DNA of 57,328 nucleotides from NCBI GenBank assembly GCA_038045265.1, contig JBBSYL010000036.1, forward strand, positions 1-57,328, given 5' to 3'. The stretch is from Nanobdellota archaeon. Lineage in GTDB: Archaea > Nanobdellota > Nanobdellia > Pacearchaeales > GW2011-AR1. The notes beneath the pieces were generated by a model, which saw only the letters and a list, made by a program, of their open reading frames with translations, was not told the origin of the DNA and ran no database searches. This document shows positions 19,692 through 27,651 of the stretch, piece by piece (the stretch's first letter is position 1; the number at the start of each line of letters is the position of its first letter). The translations under genes were made by a program, and so were the position numbers.

Positions 19692-20068
19692 AACCAGAAA
19701 AAACAATATACGCTGACCAAAAAGAAATTCATGATTTAATTATTGATAAATTAAAACCTTATTTAAAAAATGTAAAAGAGGCATATTTAATAGGAAGTCT
19801 ATCAGAAGGAAAATTTGGACAATATATAGAAAAATATGAAGGTTTTTACGGAAGCGATATTGATGTTGTAATTATTCCTATTAAAATTTTAAGTGAATGG
19901 AAATATGAGGGAGAATTTTACAATTGGCATAAAAGATATAATGCAGGCATAATTAAAATTAAAGACATAGAACATCCCATTAATTTTATGATCCCATTTA
20001 ATAATAATCTTGATTTATTTTGGCAAAAAGCAAAAGAATTAAAATGGAAGGTAGAAAAACTAAAATGA
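19688..20068 (+). CDS. minimal nucleotidyltransferase (MNT-like) domain protein
   Basis: LIGSLSEGKFGQ...YGSDIDVVII matches the GSx(n)DxD NTase motif. The start overlaps the stop of the upstream methyltransferase (ATGA). Confidence 0.6.
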   Translation: MKPEKTIYADQKEIHDLIIDKLKPYLKNVKEAYLIGSLSEGKFGQYIEKYEGFYGSDIDVVIIPIKILSEWKYEGEFYNWHKRYNAGIIKIKDIEHPINFMIPFNNNLDLFWQKAKELKWKVEKLK

Positions 20069-20526
20069 ACATCCATTTCATAAAATCTGGAGAGAAGAGA
20101 GAAATAATTGCTCAATTAAACAAACAATTCGGCATTGAAGACCTACCTTATCTTCTTATAGAGTCTGGAAAAGAAAAAATTAGGGCATTTTCAGGCACAA
20201 TGTCAAAGGAAGAAATTCTTGAATTGAACAAAATGGCAAACATTGAAGCTGTGGGCATTTATCTAATAAAAAAAGAACATGATTTACGTTTAAGTTTTGA
20301 CGCAACTCAAATCCTCAAAGACCAAATTAAAAAAAAGGTTGTAGAAATAAGTAAAGAACAGTACGAACTCTGGATTCGGGGATATGATCTCCCAATAGCA
20401 ACAGAAAACGGGGCAGTAGTTATCAAATTCCAAGATTCATTTATAGGTTGTGGGCGATCAAACGGTGAGAGAATAATAAATCATGTTCCAAAGGAAAGAA
20501 GACTGAAAATACCTATAAGAGATTAA
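20065..20526 (+). CDS. Nip7-like / PUA-like RNA-binding protein (tentative)
   Basis: The C-terminal ..AVVIKFQDSFIGCGRSNGERIINHVPKERR resembles the Nip7/PUA tail. The ATG at 20065 overlaps the upstream stop (ATGA). Confidence 0.4.
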   Translation: MNIHFIKSGEKREIIAQLNKQFGIEDLPYLLIESGKEKIRAFSGTMSKEEILELNKMANIEAVGIYLIKKEHDLRLSFDATQILKDQIKKKVVEISKEQYELWIRGYDLPIATENGAVVIKFQDSFIGCGRSNGERIINHVPKERRLKIPIRD

Positions 20527-20780
20527 TTTCTCAAATTCTCTCCAAAAAACTTAGACAATTCCACATTTTTAATTATTTTCATCAATAAACCCGATTCCCT
20601 TTCAGAAAGCTGTCCCCTTCTTAGGGCCTTGAACGCCATGCTACATTCATAATTATCTCTGTCTTGTAATCCTTTCACTTTCATAACTAAATAACGCCCC
20701 TCGCGAAGCTTCCTTTTCATTACAAGAATAGTCCCATCTTCCCATTTGGACAGATACATCATATTAAAAGACATAACCAA
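20523..20780 (-). CDS. hypothetical small protein
   Basis: An 85-aa ORF with no motif recognised. Confidence 0.35.
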   Translation of the reverse strand: MVMSFNMMYLSKWEDGTILVMKRKLREGRYLVMKVKGLQDRDNYECSMAFKALRRGQLSERESGLLMKIIKNVELSKFFGENLRN

Positions 20781-20928
20781 TACAAATACTTTTCTATAGT
20801 CAAAGACATTAAAAATTGAACAAGAAGGTCTTTGACTATTAGCGGAAGACAGAACAAAATAGATTCAAATAATTTTGTCTTCTGCTATATTTCACAGCTT
20901 ATTTAAACTCTTAATTGCCATATTTTCC

Positions 20929-21816
20929 ATGAATTCAGAAGAAATAAGCAAACTTGAGAAGGCGGGTAAAATAGCTGTAGAAACAATTGCATACGCAAAA
21001 TCTTTTATAAAACCTGGGATGCTCTTAATAGAAATAGCAGAAAAAATAGAGAAAAAGATAGAAGAGCTTGGAGGGAAACCTGCATTTCCTGTTAATCTGT
21101 CCATAAATGAAGTAGCAGCCCATTCAACTCCTCTGCCAGATTCTAAAGAAACTGCTCACGGCCTGTTAAAAGTCGATCTTGGAGTTCATATAGACGGATA
21201 TGTAGCAGATACAGCATTTTCCCTTGATCTGGACAATTCATCTGAAAACAAGAAGTTAATTTCAGCAACAGAAAATGCATTAAAATCTGCCTGCTCCTTA
21301 GTCAATCAAAAATCAAAAATAAGAGAAATAGGAAGCACAATAGAAAAAGAAATAAAATCTCTCGGCTTCCAACCAATAATGAATCTCTCAGGCCACTCCA
21401 TAGAACCTTATAATTTGCACGCTGGCTTTACAGTCCCAAATTATGACAATTCACAGGAAAAAACTCTTCCTTCTGGAGTTTATGCAATAGAACCATTCGC
21501 AACTAACGGCTCTGGAAAGATAAGGGACGGCAAACCTTCTTCAATATACGCAATAACAAAATCTGGAAACGTCAGAGACTCTTTCTCTAGATCTGTTCTT
21601 CTTTACATCAGAGAAAATTATTCTACTCTGCCTTTCTGCACTCGCTGGATTTACAAGAAATTCGGTTCAAGATGCATAGTTGCATTACAGCAAATAGAAC
21701 AAGTAGGATTAATACATCAATATCCCCAATTAATTGAAATAAATAATGGAAAAGTTGCTCAAGCAGAAAACACTGTCATCCTTTTAAAAGATAGAAAAAT
21801 AATTACAACTGAATAA
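20929..21816 (+). CDS. map: methionine aminopeptidase, type 2 (archaeal)
   Basis: AHSTP, DLGVHIDGYVADTAFS, SGHSIEPYNLHAG and VYAIEPFAT metal-ligand motifs. The ATG at 20929 is preferred. Confidence 0.9.
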   Translation: MNSEEISKLEKAGKIAVETIAYAKSFIKPGMLLIEIAEKIEKKIEELGGKPAFPVNLSINEVAAHSTPLPDSKETAHGLLKVDLGVHIDGYVADTAFSLDLDNSSENKKLISATENALKSACSLVNQKSKIREIGSTIEKEIKSLGFQPIMNLSGHSIEPYNLHAGFTVPNYDNSQEKTLPSGVYAIEPFATNGSGKIRDGKPSSIYAITKSGNVRDSFSRSVLLYIRENYSTLPFCTRWIYKKFGSRCIVALQQIEQVGLIHQYPQLIEINNGKVAQAENTVILLKDRKIITTE

Positions 21817-22249
21817 CTTGCTTTGTATGCTCTGCAGAAGTTAAATGCACTGCAAGCATATCCTCTAAATTTCCGCGTATTTTCTTCCCAACTCTCACTT
21901 TTCCGCTTCGCCAAACAACTAAAACATCGTCATAAACTGCATTAATTGGTTCTGTAAATTTTCTAAAAATTCCTCTTCTTTCCTGAACTCTGACAAATTC
22001 TTCTTCATAGAACGATTCTCCATGATTCTTCAACCATTGCTCTACAAGCCCATTATTACCCACAAAATACAAACCATTATCTCCTTTCTTTTTAGAAACA
22101 AGATAAAAAAGATAAGGTAATTTTCTCAATCCAGTCGCATTCTTACCATCGCAAATATGGGTTATGACTATCGGACGACCATCATTAGAAGATAAATGCT
22201 CTACAGAAACATTTTTACTCGAATTTGTCCTCCAAGCACTATATACCAT
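21803..22249 (-). CDS. hypothetical protein
   Basis: A 148-aa ORF convergent with map (14-nt overlap). No motif recognised. Confidence 0.4.
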   Translation of the reverse strand: MVYSAWRTNSSKNVSVEHLSSNDGRPIVITHICDGKNATGLRKLPYLFYLVSKKKGDNGLYFVGNNGLVEQWLKNHGESFYEEEFVRVQERRGIFRKFTEPINAVYDDVLVVWRSGKVRVGKKIRGNLEDMLAVHLTSAEHTKQVIQL

Positions 22250-22278
22250 AAAAATCTCAAAAATAGATATATTTAAAC

Positions 22279-24564
22279 TTATCCTGAATAAAGCGGTCCA
22301 GTAATCATTCCAGTCTTTGCCTGTTTCAAATACAATTCCTCTATCTTCTTATATCTCTTAGCAGTATCAACTGAAACACTCGGCTTAACTCTCATTAGCG
22401 CTTCTTCAAAATCTTTCTTTAGCACTTCCTTAGAATTCATATCTCTTCTCAATGCATTCATACTTGCCTCCCTTACTAATGCTTCTATATCTGCTCCTAC
22501 AAACCCCTCGCTAAGTTTAGTCAATTCTTCTAAATCAACATCTCCCGCTAAAGGCGTATTTTTAGTATGCACTGCAAGAATCTGTCTCCTACTCGCCTCA
22601 TCAGGAACATCAACCAATATTATTCTATCAAATCTTCCAGGACGCAAAAGTGCAGGGTCAATCATATCTGGTCTATTAGTTGCTCCAATTACAGTTACAT
22701 CTTTTAAACCTTCAAGCCCATCAATTTCAGCAAGCAACTGATTCAACACTCTTTCACTCACTCTCGCTCCAGTTTCTAATCCTCTTCTTGAAGCAAGTGC
22801 ATCAATTTCATCAAAAAATATAACACAAGGACTTACCTGTCTTGCTCTTTCAAAAACTTTTCTTACTCCTTCTTCAGATTTTCCAACCCACATGCTCAAC
22901 AAACTAGGTCCTTTAATATGAATAAAGTTTGCCTCTGATTCCTGCGCAACTGCTTTTGCCAATAATGTTTTTCCCGTCCCAGGAGGACCATAAAGCAATA
23001 TTCCTTTAGGTGCCCTTATTCCTAATCTTCTAAACGCTTCAGGATTTTTTATTGGCCATTCAACCGCTTCAATCAATTCGCTCTTTGTCCTCTCCAATCC
23101 TCCTATCTCCTCCCAGCTTACATTAGGCGCTTCAACATAAACTTCTCTCATAGCGCTAGGCCTTACAACTCTCAGCGATTCTTCAAAGTCTTCTTTAGAA
23201 ATTATAATTTTCTCAAGAATCTCCGCAGGATACGCTTGATCATCTTCTAATTTCAATTCAGGCAATACTTTTCTAAGGACATTCATCGCAGCCTCTTTAG
23301 TCAATGCATTTAAATCTGCCCCTACAAAACCATGAGTTTTAGAAGCTATATCCCACAACCTCACATCCTTGTTCAACGGCATATTTCTTGTGTGAATTTT
23401 CAGAATATTATATCTTGCCTTCTTGTCTGGGACAGTTATTTCCAGTTCCCTATCAAATCTTCCAGGTCTTCTCAAAGCAGGATCTATCGAATTAACCCTA
23501 TTAGTCGCACCAATTACTATAATTCTTCCCCTAGTTTTAAGCCCATCCATCATTGTCAATAACTGACTTACTACTCTTCTCTCAACTTCTCCTTGCACCT
23601 CTTCTCTTTTTGGAGCAATCGCGTCAACCTCATCAATAAAAATAATACTTGGAGCATTTTTCTCTGCATCTTCAAATATGTCTCTTATTTTCTTTTCACT
23701 TTCTCCATAAAATTTACTCATTATTTCAGGCCCATTGAGAAGAATAAAATGTGCTTCAGATTCGTTTGCCACTGCTTTTGCCAATAATGTTTTTCCGGCT
23801 CCAGGAGGGCCATGCAAAAGCACTCCTTTAGGAGGCTCAACTCCAAGTCTGTCAAAAACTTCTGGATGCTTCAAAGGCAACTCAACCATCTCCCTTATTT
23901 TCTTAACTTCATCTGTTAATCCTCCAATATCTTCATAATTAACATCAGGTACATTATCCTCGCTTACATCCATCGCCTTTGAATTAACAACTAATTCTGT
24001 GTCTTCTGTAATTATACATGCTTGACTTGGCGTGGTTGAAACAACTATAAATTTAATTTGCTGAAACCCAGCAAAACCCATGCTCTGCCCAATAAGATCA
24101 TTCAAATCTCCCAAGAACATTTCAGGGAATCCATCATTTCCCATTTCTCTCCTTCTTGCATTTCCTCCCGGTGCAATTATGTCTCCTTTACTTACCGGCC
24201 TTCCAAGTAAACTATTCTTGAAAACTTCAGGATCTCCCTGTATCATAACTCCTGGTTGTGCGGGAGCAATAGAAACTTTTTTAGCAGGTCTAGCAGGACA
24301 TTTTGCAATATCGACTAAATCACTTACGCTCGTCCTTGCATTCTTTCTTATTATTCCATCAATTCTTATTATTCTCTCCCCTACATCTGCAGGATATGCT
24401 CTATCAACTAAAGCAATAGTCTCCCTTCCTCCTTTTATCATAATTATATCCCCCCTATTCAACCCTAGAGCTTTCATTATCTGCGGATCTATTCTTGCTA
24501 TTCCTTTTTGAACGTCATCCTGTAACGCTTCAACAACTCTAAGTTTAATTGTCTCCCCTTTCAT
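22279..24564 (-). CDS. cdc48: CDC48/VCP-type AAA+ ATPase (two AAA domains)
   Basis: N-domain RLRVVEA...GIARID, plus two Walker A motifs ([13 protein letters not shown] and [13 protein letters not shown]) and two Walker B motifs (IIFIDEVD and VIFFDEID). Confidence 0.95.
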   Translation of the reverse strand: MKGETIKLRVVEALQDDVQKGIARIDPQIMKALGLNRGDIIMIKGGRETIALVDRAYPADVGERIIRIDGIIRKNARTSVSDLVDIAKCPARPAKKVSIAPAQPGVMIQGDPEVFKNSLLGRPVSKGDIIAPGGNARRREMGNDGFPEMFLGDLNDLIGQSMGFAGFQQIKFIVVSTTPSQACIITEDTELVVNSKAMDVSEDNVPDVNYEDIGGLTDEVKKIREMVELPLKHPEVFDRLGVEPPKGVLLHGPPGAGKTLLAKAVANESEAHFILLNGPEIMSKFYGESEKKIRDIFEDAEKNAPSIIFIDEVDAIAPKREEVQGEVERRVVSQLLTMMDGLKTRGRIIVIGATNRVNSIDPALRRPGRFDRELEITVPDKKARYNILKIHTRNMPLNKDVRLWDIASKTHGFVGADLNALTKEAAMNVLRKVLPELKLEDDQAYPAEILEKIIISKEDFEESLRVVRPSAMREVYVEAPNVSWEEIGGLERTKSELIEAVEWPIKNPEAFRRLGIRAPKGILLYGPPGTGKTLLAKAVAQESEANFIHIKGPSLLSMWVGKSEEGVRKVFERARQVSPCVIFFDEIDALASRRGLETGARVSERVLNQLLAEIDGLEGLKDVTVIGATNRPDMIDPALLRPGRFDRIILVDVPDEASRRQILAVHTKNTPLAGDVDLEELTKLSEGFVGADIEALVREASMNALRRDMNSKEVLKKDFEEALMRVKPSVSVDTAKRYKKIEELYLKQAKTGMITGPLYSG

Positions 24565-24932
24565 CTTAAATCCTCCCCACTATCTCTTCCAAATCTTACC
24601 TTTAAAGTATCAAAATCATCGAAAAACAATCTAACCATGTCATCCATCTCTTTCTCCACATGTTTTTTTTGGCTGTTCATGAATTCAACTATCTCCTTTG
24701 GTATGCTTATTGCATGGCTGTTTCCAACCACTCTAAGTTTAACACAAAATGTCTTGCCTCTAAGGTTTTTAAAATGTTCCAGTTCACTCAAATCAGTCGG
24801 ATGAATTATACTTTCTCCGCACTCTCCGCATTTCACTGCCCTAAGTTCAAAACCATTTTTCTTCACAAAACCCTTTTTCATTTCAACACCACATTTCCTG
24901 CAAACTATTTTATTGTCAAATATATCCATCAT
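24561..24932 (-). CDS. zinc-ribbon plus AbrB/SpoVT-like domain protein, co-transcribed with cdc48
   Basis: CRKCG...CGECG zinc ribbon, then VVGNSHAISIPKEIVEFM (an AbrB-type swapped-hairpin motif). Its stop overlaps the cdc48 start by 4 nt. Confidence 0.5.
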   Translation of the reverse strand: MMDIFDNKIVCRKCGVEMKKGFVKKNGFELRAVKCGECGESIIHPTDLSELEHFKNLRGKTFCVKLRVVGNSHAISIPKEIVEFMNSQKKHVEKEMDDMVRLFFDDFDTLKVRFGRDSGEDLR

Positions 24933-25040
24933 TTTCTGTATATACAACTGCGTATACACAAGTATTTAAACCTTTCTTCAATTTGAAGCAATATCCTACA
25001 TATACATAAACTTTAAAAGTTTCTTATTACTGATTAATTA

Positions 25041-25667
25041 ATGTTCTTTAAAAGAAAATCTGATAAGGGTAAAATAGAATGCATGGAATGCAGTTCAAAA
25101 GTAGACAAAAGTTACAGCTTCTGTCCTCATTGTGGATTTTCTCTCAAAGATGAAGAACAGGAATTAAAAGATCTCGGCCTTCTAGGAAATTCAGATGCGT
25201 TCAAAGAAGAGAACGTTTTCTCCTCTATGGGAATATCTGAGAAATTTATAAGTTCAATAATGCAAAGCCTCATGAAAAATCTAGACACTCAAGTCAAATC
25301 AGACAACACAGAGATTCAAAATTTTCCAAACGGTATTAAAATAAAAATAGGTCTGCCTCAAAAAAAGAAGGAGAACAAAGCACATAAGAGAGAGATTACA
25401 GAAGAACAGCTGAACAGAATGTCCAAACTTCCAAGGAAAGAAGCAAAGACAAATCTTAGAAGATTAAGTGATAAAGTGGTCTATGAATTATCAGCTCCAG
25501 GCATCCAATCAGTGGAAGATGTATTTGTATCCAAACTTGAATCAGGATATGAAATAAAGGCCTTGGGAAAGACAAAAGTTTACGTAACAAGTCTTCCCGT
25601 CTCCCTGCCTTTAAAGAAATATTCTATAACTGATAAAAAGATAATCATGGAATTCGGTCTTCAATAA
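25041..25667 (+). CDS. zinc-ribbon protein with Hsp20/alpha-crystallin-like C-terminal domain
   Basis: N-terminal CMECS..CPHCG. The C-terminal VVYELSAPGIQSVEDVFVSKLESGYEIKA resembles an ACD beta-sandwich motif. Confidence 0.45.
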   Translation: MFFKRKSDKGKIECMECSSKVDKSYSFCPHCGFSLKDEEQELKDLGLLGNSDAFKEENVFSSMGISEKFISSIMQSLMKNLDTQVKSDNTEIQNFPNGIKIKIGLPQKKKENKAHKREITEEQLNRMSKLPRKEAKTNLRRLSDKVVYELSAPGIQSVEDVFVSKLESGYEIKALGKTKVYVTSLPVSLPLKKYSITDKKIIMEFGLQ

Positions 25668-25670
25668 AAA

Positions 25671-25797
25671 TGATCCCGCCAAGAGTTGAACTTGGGACCT
25701 CTGCCTGTCTGAAATCATCTGATTTCTGAGCACACTCAAAAACCAGAGGTTTTTGATGTTATCAGAGCAGCGCTCTAACCAACTGAGCTACGGGATC
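25671..25797 (-). tRNA. tRNA-Ile(GAU) with a ~53-nt intron at the canonical 37/38 position
   Basis: Minus-strand fold: acceptor GATCCCG/CGGGATC, D arm GCTC/GAGC, anticodon stem CTGCT/GGCAG, loop CTGATAA, T arm CCAAG-TTCAACT-CTTGG, discriminator A, no encoded CCA. The mature length is 74 nt. Confidence 0.8.
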
Positions 25798-25851
25798 TCA
25801 TTAATTCCTACCAAAGAGCTTTTAAAAACATTATCCTGCTTATTTTCTAGC

Positions 25852-25922
25852 GCGCCGATGATCTAACGGTATGATTCGACCTTCCCAAGGTCGTTGCCCG
25901 GGTTCAACTCCCGGTCGGCGCA
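25852..25922 (+). tRNA. tRNA-Gly(CCC)
   Basis: Acceptor GCGCCGA/TCGGCGC, anticodon stem CGACC/GGTCG with loop TTCCCAA, and T arm CCGGG-TTCAACT-CCCGG. Confidence 0.9.
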
Positions 25923-26051
25923 TTTACTTTAGCAATTTGAATAATATAAGAAAGTGAATGGAACGAAGGCGCATTTACTTTAGCAATTTGAATAATATAA
26001 GAAAGTGAATGGAACGAAGGCGCATTTACTTTAGCAATTTGAATAATATAA
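25917..26051. repeat. 51-bp tandem direct repeat, 2.65 copies, first copy starting inside the tRNA-Gly 3' end
   Basis: The unit ggcgcatttactttagcaatttgaataatataagaaagtgaatggaacgaa is identical at 25917-25967 and 25968-26018. A third partial copy spans 26019-26051. Confidence 0.9.
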
Positions 26052-26112
26052 TATGTATAAAGCTGACACAATCCTGCATATACTTTATAAAATACATTTC
26101 CTACAAATAATC

Positions 26113-26709
26113 ATGAATAAAATAAAGAGATTCTGGGGATTTCTAAAAAAAGATACCTGGCAATCTTGGTTAGTCTCCTTAATTCTCATCATAGCAATAA
26201 TAAAATTAGTAATTTTTCCTGGGCTTTCATTTATAACTGGCTCCTCTCTCCCTCTTGTAGTTATAGAGTCCTGTTCAATGTATCACTCTTCTGGATTTGA
26301 CAGCTGGTGGAATTCAAATGGAATTTGGTACGAAGAAAAAAATATATCAAAAGAAAATTTTAAAGAATTTTCTTTTAAAAATGGACTAAACAAAGGAGAC
26401 ATAATTTTAGTAAGGGGCGATAAAAGTCCAGAACCTGGTGAAGTAATTATTTTCTCTGCTAATCCTAATTCAGATGCAAAATATCCAATAATCCATAGAG
26501 CAATTTCTCTTTCTCCTCTTCAAACTAAGGGAGACCATAATAACAATCAGTTAACAGGAGATAACAACAGGCAAAATGTTGATGAAACTTTAATAGAATC
26601 TGAACAAGTCATAGGAAAAGCAGTTGCTAGACTTCCTCTTATAGGATGGATTAAACTAGTGTTCTTTGAATCTGGAAAAGATCCAGAGCAAAGAGGATTC
26701 TGTAAATAG
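26113..26709 (+). CDS. signal peptidase I (archaeal/Sec11-type S26B)
   Basis: An N-terminal TM, catalytic Ser box VVIESCSMYHS, GDIILV, and His box IIHRAI. A TATA-like ctttataaaat lies 30 nt upstream of the ATG at 26113. Confidence 0.75.
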   Translation: MNKIKRFWGFLKKDTWQSWLVSLILIIAIIKLVIFPGLSFITGSSLPLVVIESCSMYHSSGFDSWWNSNGIWYEEKNISKENFKEFSFKNGLNKGDIILVRGDKSPEPGEVIIFSANPNSDAKYPIIHRAISLSPLQTKGDHNNNQLTGDNNRQNVDETLIESEQVIGKAVARLPLIGWIKLVFFESGKDPEQRGFCK

Positions 26710-26753
26710 AAAAACCGCAACCTTAAAATACCCTATATACTATAACAAATCTT

Positions 26754-27029
26754 ATGGAATTTGATAAAAATGGGAAGATAATTTTGCCTGATTCTCCAAA
26801 AGCAAAAGGCAAAAAAATAGCTTACTCTGAAAAAATAAATAACCGCGAAAGCATTTCCATCATAAATGAAGAGGCAGATAACACTTCCCCAGTTGTCCAA
26901 ATAGAATGCCCAAAATGCGAACATAAAAAGGCGTATTTCTGGACCACACAAACTCGTTCAAGCGACGAGTCAGAAACCAAATTCTACAAGTGTATAAAAT
27001 GTAAACACACCTGGCGTGTTTATAGATAA
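26754..27029 (+). CDS. tfs: TFS/TFIIS-type C-terminal zinc-ribbon protein (TFS-like, lacks N-terminal Zn ribbon)
   Basis: CPKCEHKKAYFWTTQTRSSDESETKFYKCIKCKHTWR is a TFIIS C-ribbon with the acidic DE hairpin. There are no Cys pairs in the N-terminal 45 aa. Confidence 0.7.
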   Translation: MEFDKNGKIILPDSPKAKGKKIAYSEKINNRESISIINEEADNTSPVVQIECPKCEHKKAYFWTTQTRSSDESETKFYKCIKCKHTWRVYR

Positions 27030-27097
27030 ATATTTCTGTAACTTATTAGTAATAACAAGATAGAAAGGTTTATAAGGATGGATCTTAAGGATAAAAT

Positions 27098-27469
27098 ATG
27101 GGAAAAAATTTATTAATTGCATCACACGATAAAGCAGTAGGAAACATGCTTGAAGATGTAGCTCGGAGGAATGGCTATGGAGTGGTTTGTCCGCAAAGCG
27201 AAGGTTTTTTAGTCGATGAATTCCGAACGCTGTTAGATCAAAGACCTATAAAAGTTCTTATGGATGTTAATTATGGAAAATGGGGCTCTAATGATATCAG
27301 TCCAATTATAACTGTTGCAGAATTAATGAAAGAAAGAGAATATGATTTACAAACTTCTCTTCTCGGAATAACTGGAAACCCGCTCCTTGCAGAGGAAACG
27401 CAGAAAAAAAATAGAATAAATGTGGCGACCAAGACAGATATTCGAAGAGTTTTTGGATTTCTATCTTAA
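27098..27469 (+). CDS. hypothetical protein (possibly receiver-like fold)
   Basis: A 123-aa ORF. The N-terminal LLIASHD stretch is weakly CheY-like. No firm motif. Confidence 0.35.
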   Translation: MGKNLLIASHDKAVGNMLEDVARRNGYGVVCPQSEGFLVDEFRTLLDQRPIKVLMDVNYGKWGSNDISPIITVAELMKEREYDLQTSLLGITGNPLLAEETQKKNRINVATKTDIRRVFGFLS

Positions 27470-27515
27470 TCAATAATCAATACTTTTTTAAATCTCGTTT
27501 TAATCAGTGCTATAT

Positions 27516-27603
27516 GGCCTCGTAGCTCAGCCTGGCTAGAGCACTGGACTCTTAAAATCTTGTAGAAATCCAGGTGTCGCGGGTTCAAATCCCGTCGGGG
27601 CCA
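27516..27603 (+). tRNA. tRNA-Lys(CUU) with a 13-nt intron; integration target (attL) of the DGR island
   Basis: Acceptor GGCCTCG/CGGGGCC, D arm GCTC/GAGC, anticodon stem CTGGA/TCCAG, loop CTCTTAA, T arm GCGGG-TTCAAAT-CCCGT, discriminator A. Confidence 0.85.
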
Positions 27604-27605
27604 TT
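27589..27605 (+). repeat. attL core (tRNA-Lys 3' end)
   Basis: 17/17 identity with 34598-34614. Confidence 0.8.
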
Positions 27606-27619
27606 GTTCAAAACCGCAC

Positions 27620-27630
27620 GCTTTAAATAG
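27620..27630 (+). promoter_or_regulatory. TATA-box-like promoter element upstream of integrase
   Basis: gctttaaatag lies ~30 nt upstream of the ATG at 27652. Confidence 0.4.
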
Positions 27631-27651
27631 TTCCAATTCGGGCAGGAAACT

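Noticed and set aside
23332-24511. Several plus-strand ORFs (23332-23562, 23593-23787, 23735-23938, 24080-24511).
   Set aside because: All are antisense shadows inside the strongly supported CDC48 gene.
25917-26051. A possible CRISPR array or minisatellite-encoded peptide.
   Set aside because: The copies are head-to-tail with no spacers and are 100% identical. No ORF spans them. It is a simple tandem duplication seeded at the tRNA-Gly 3' end.
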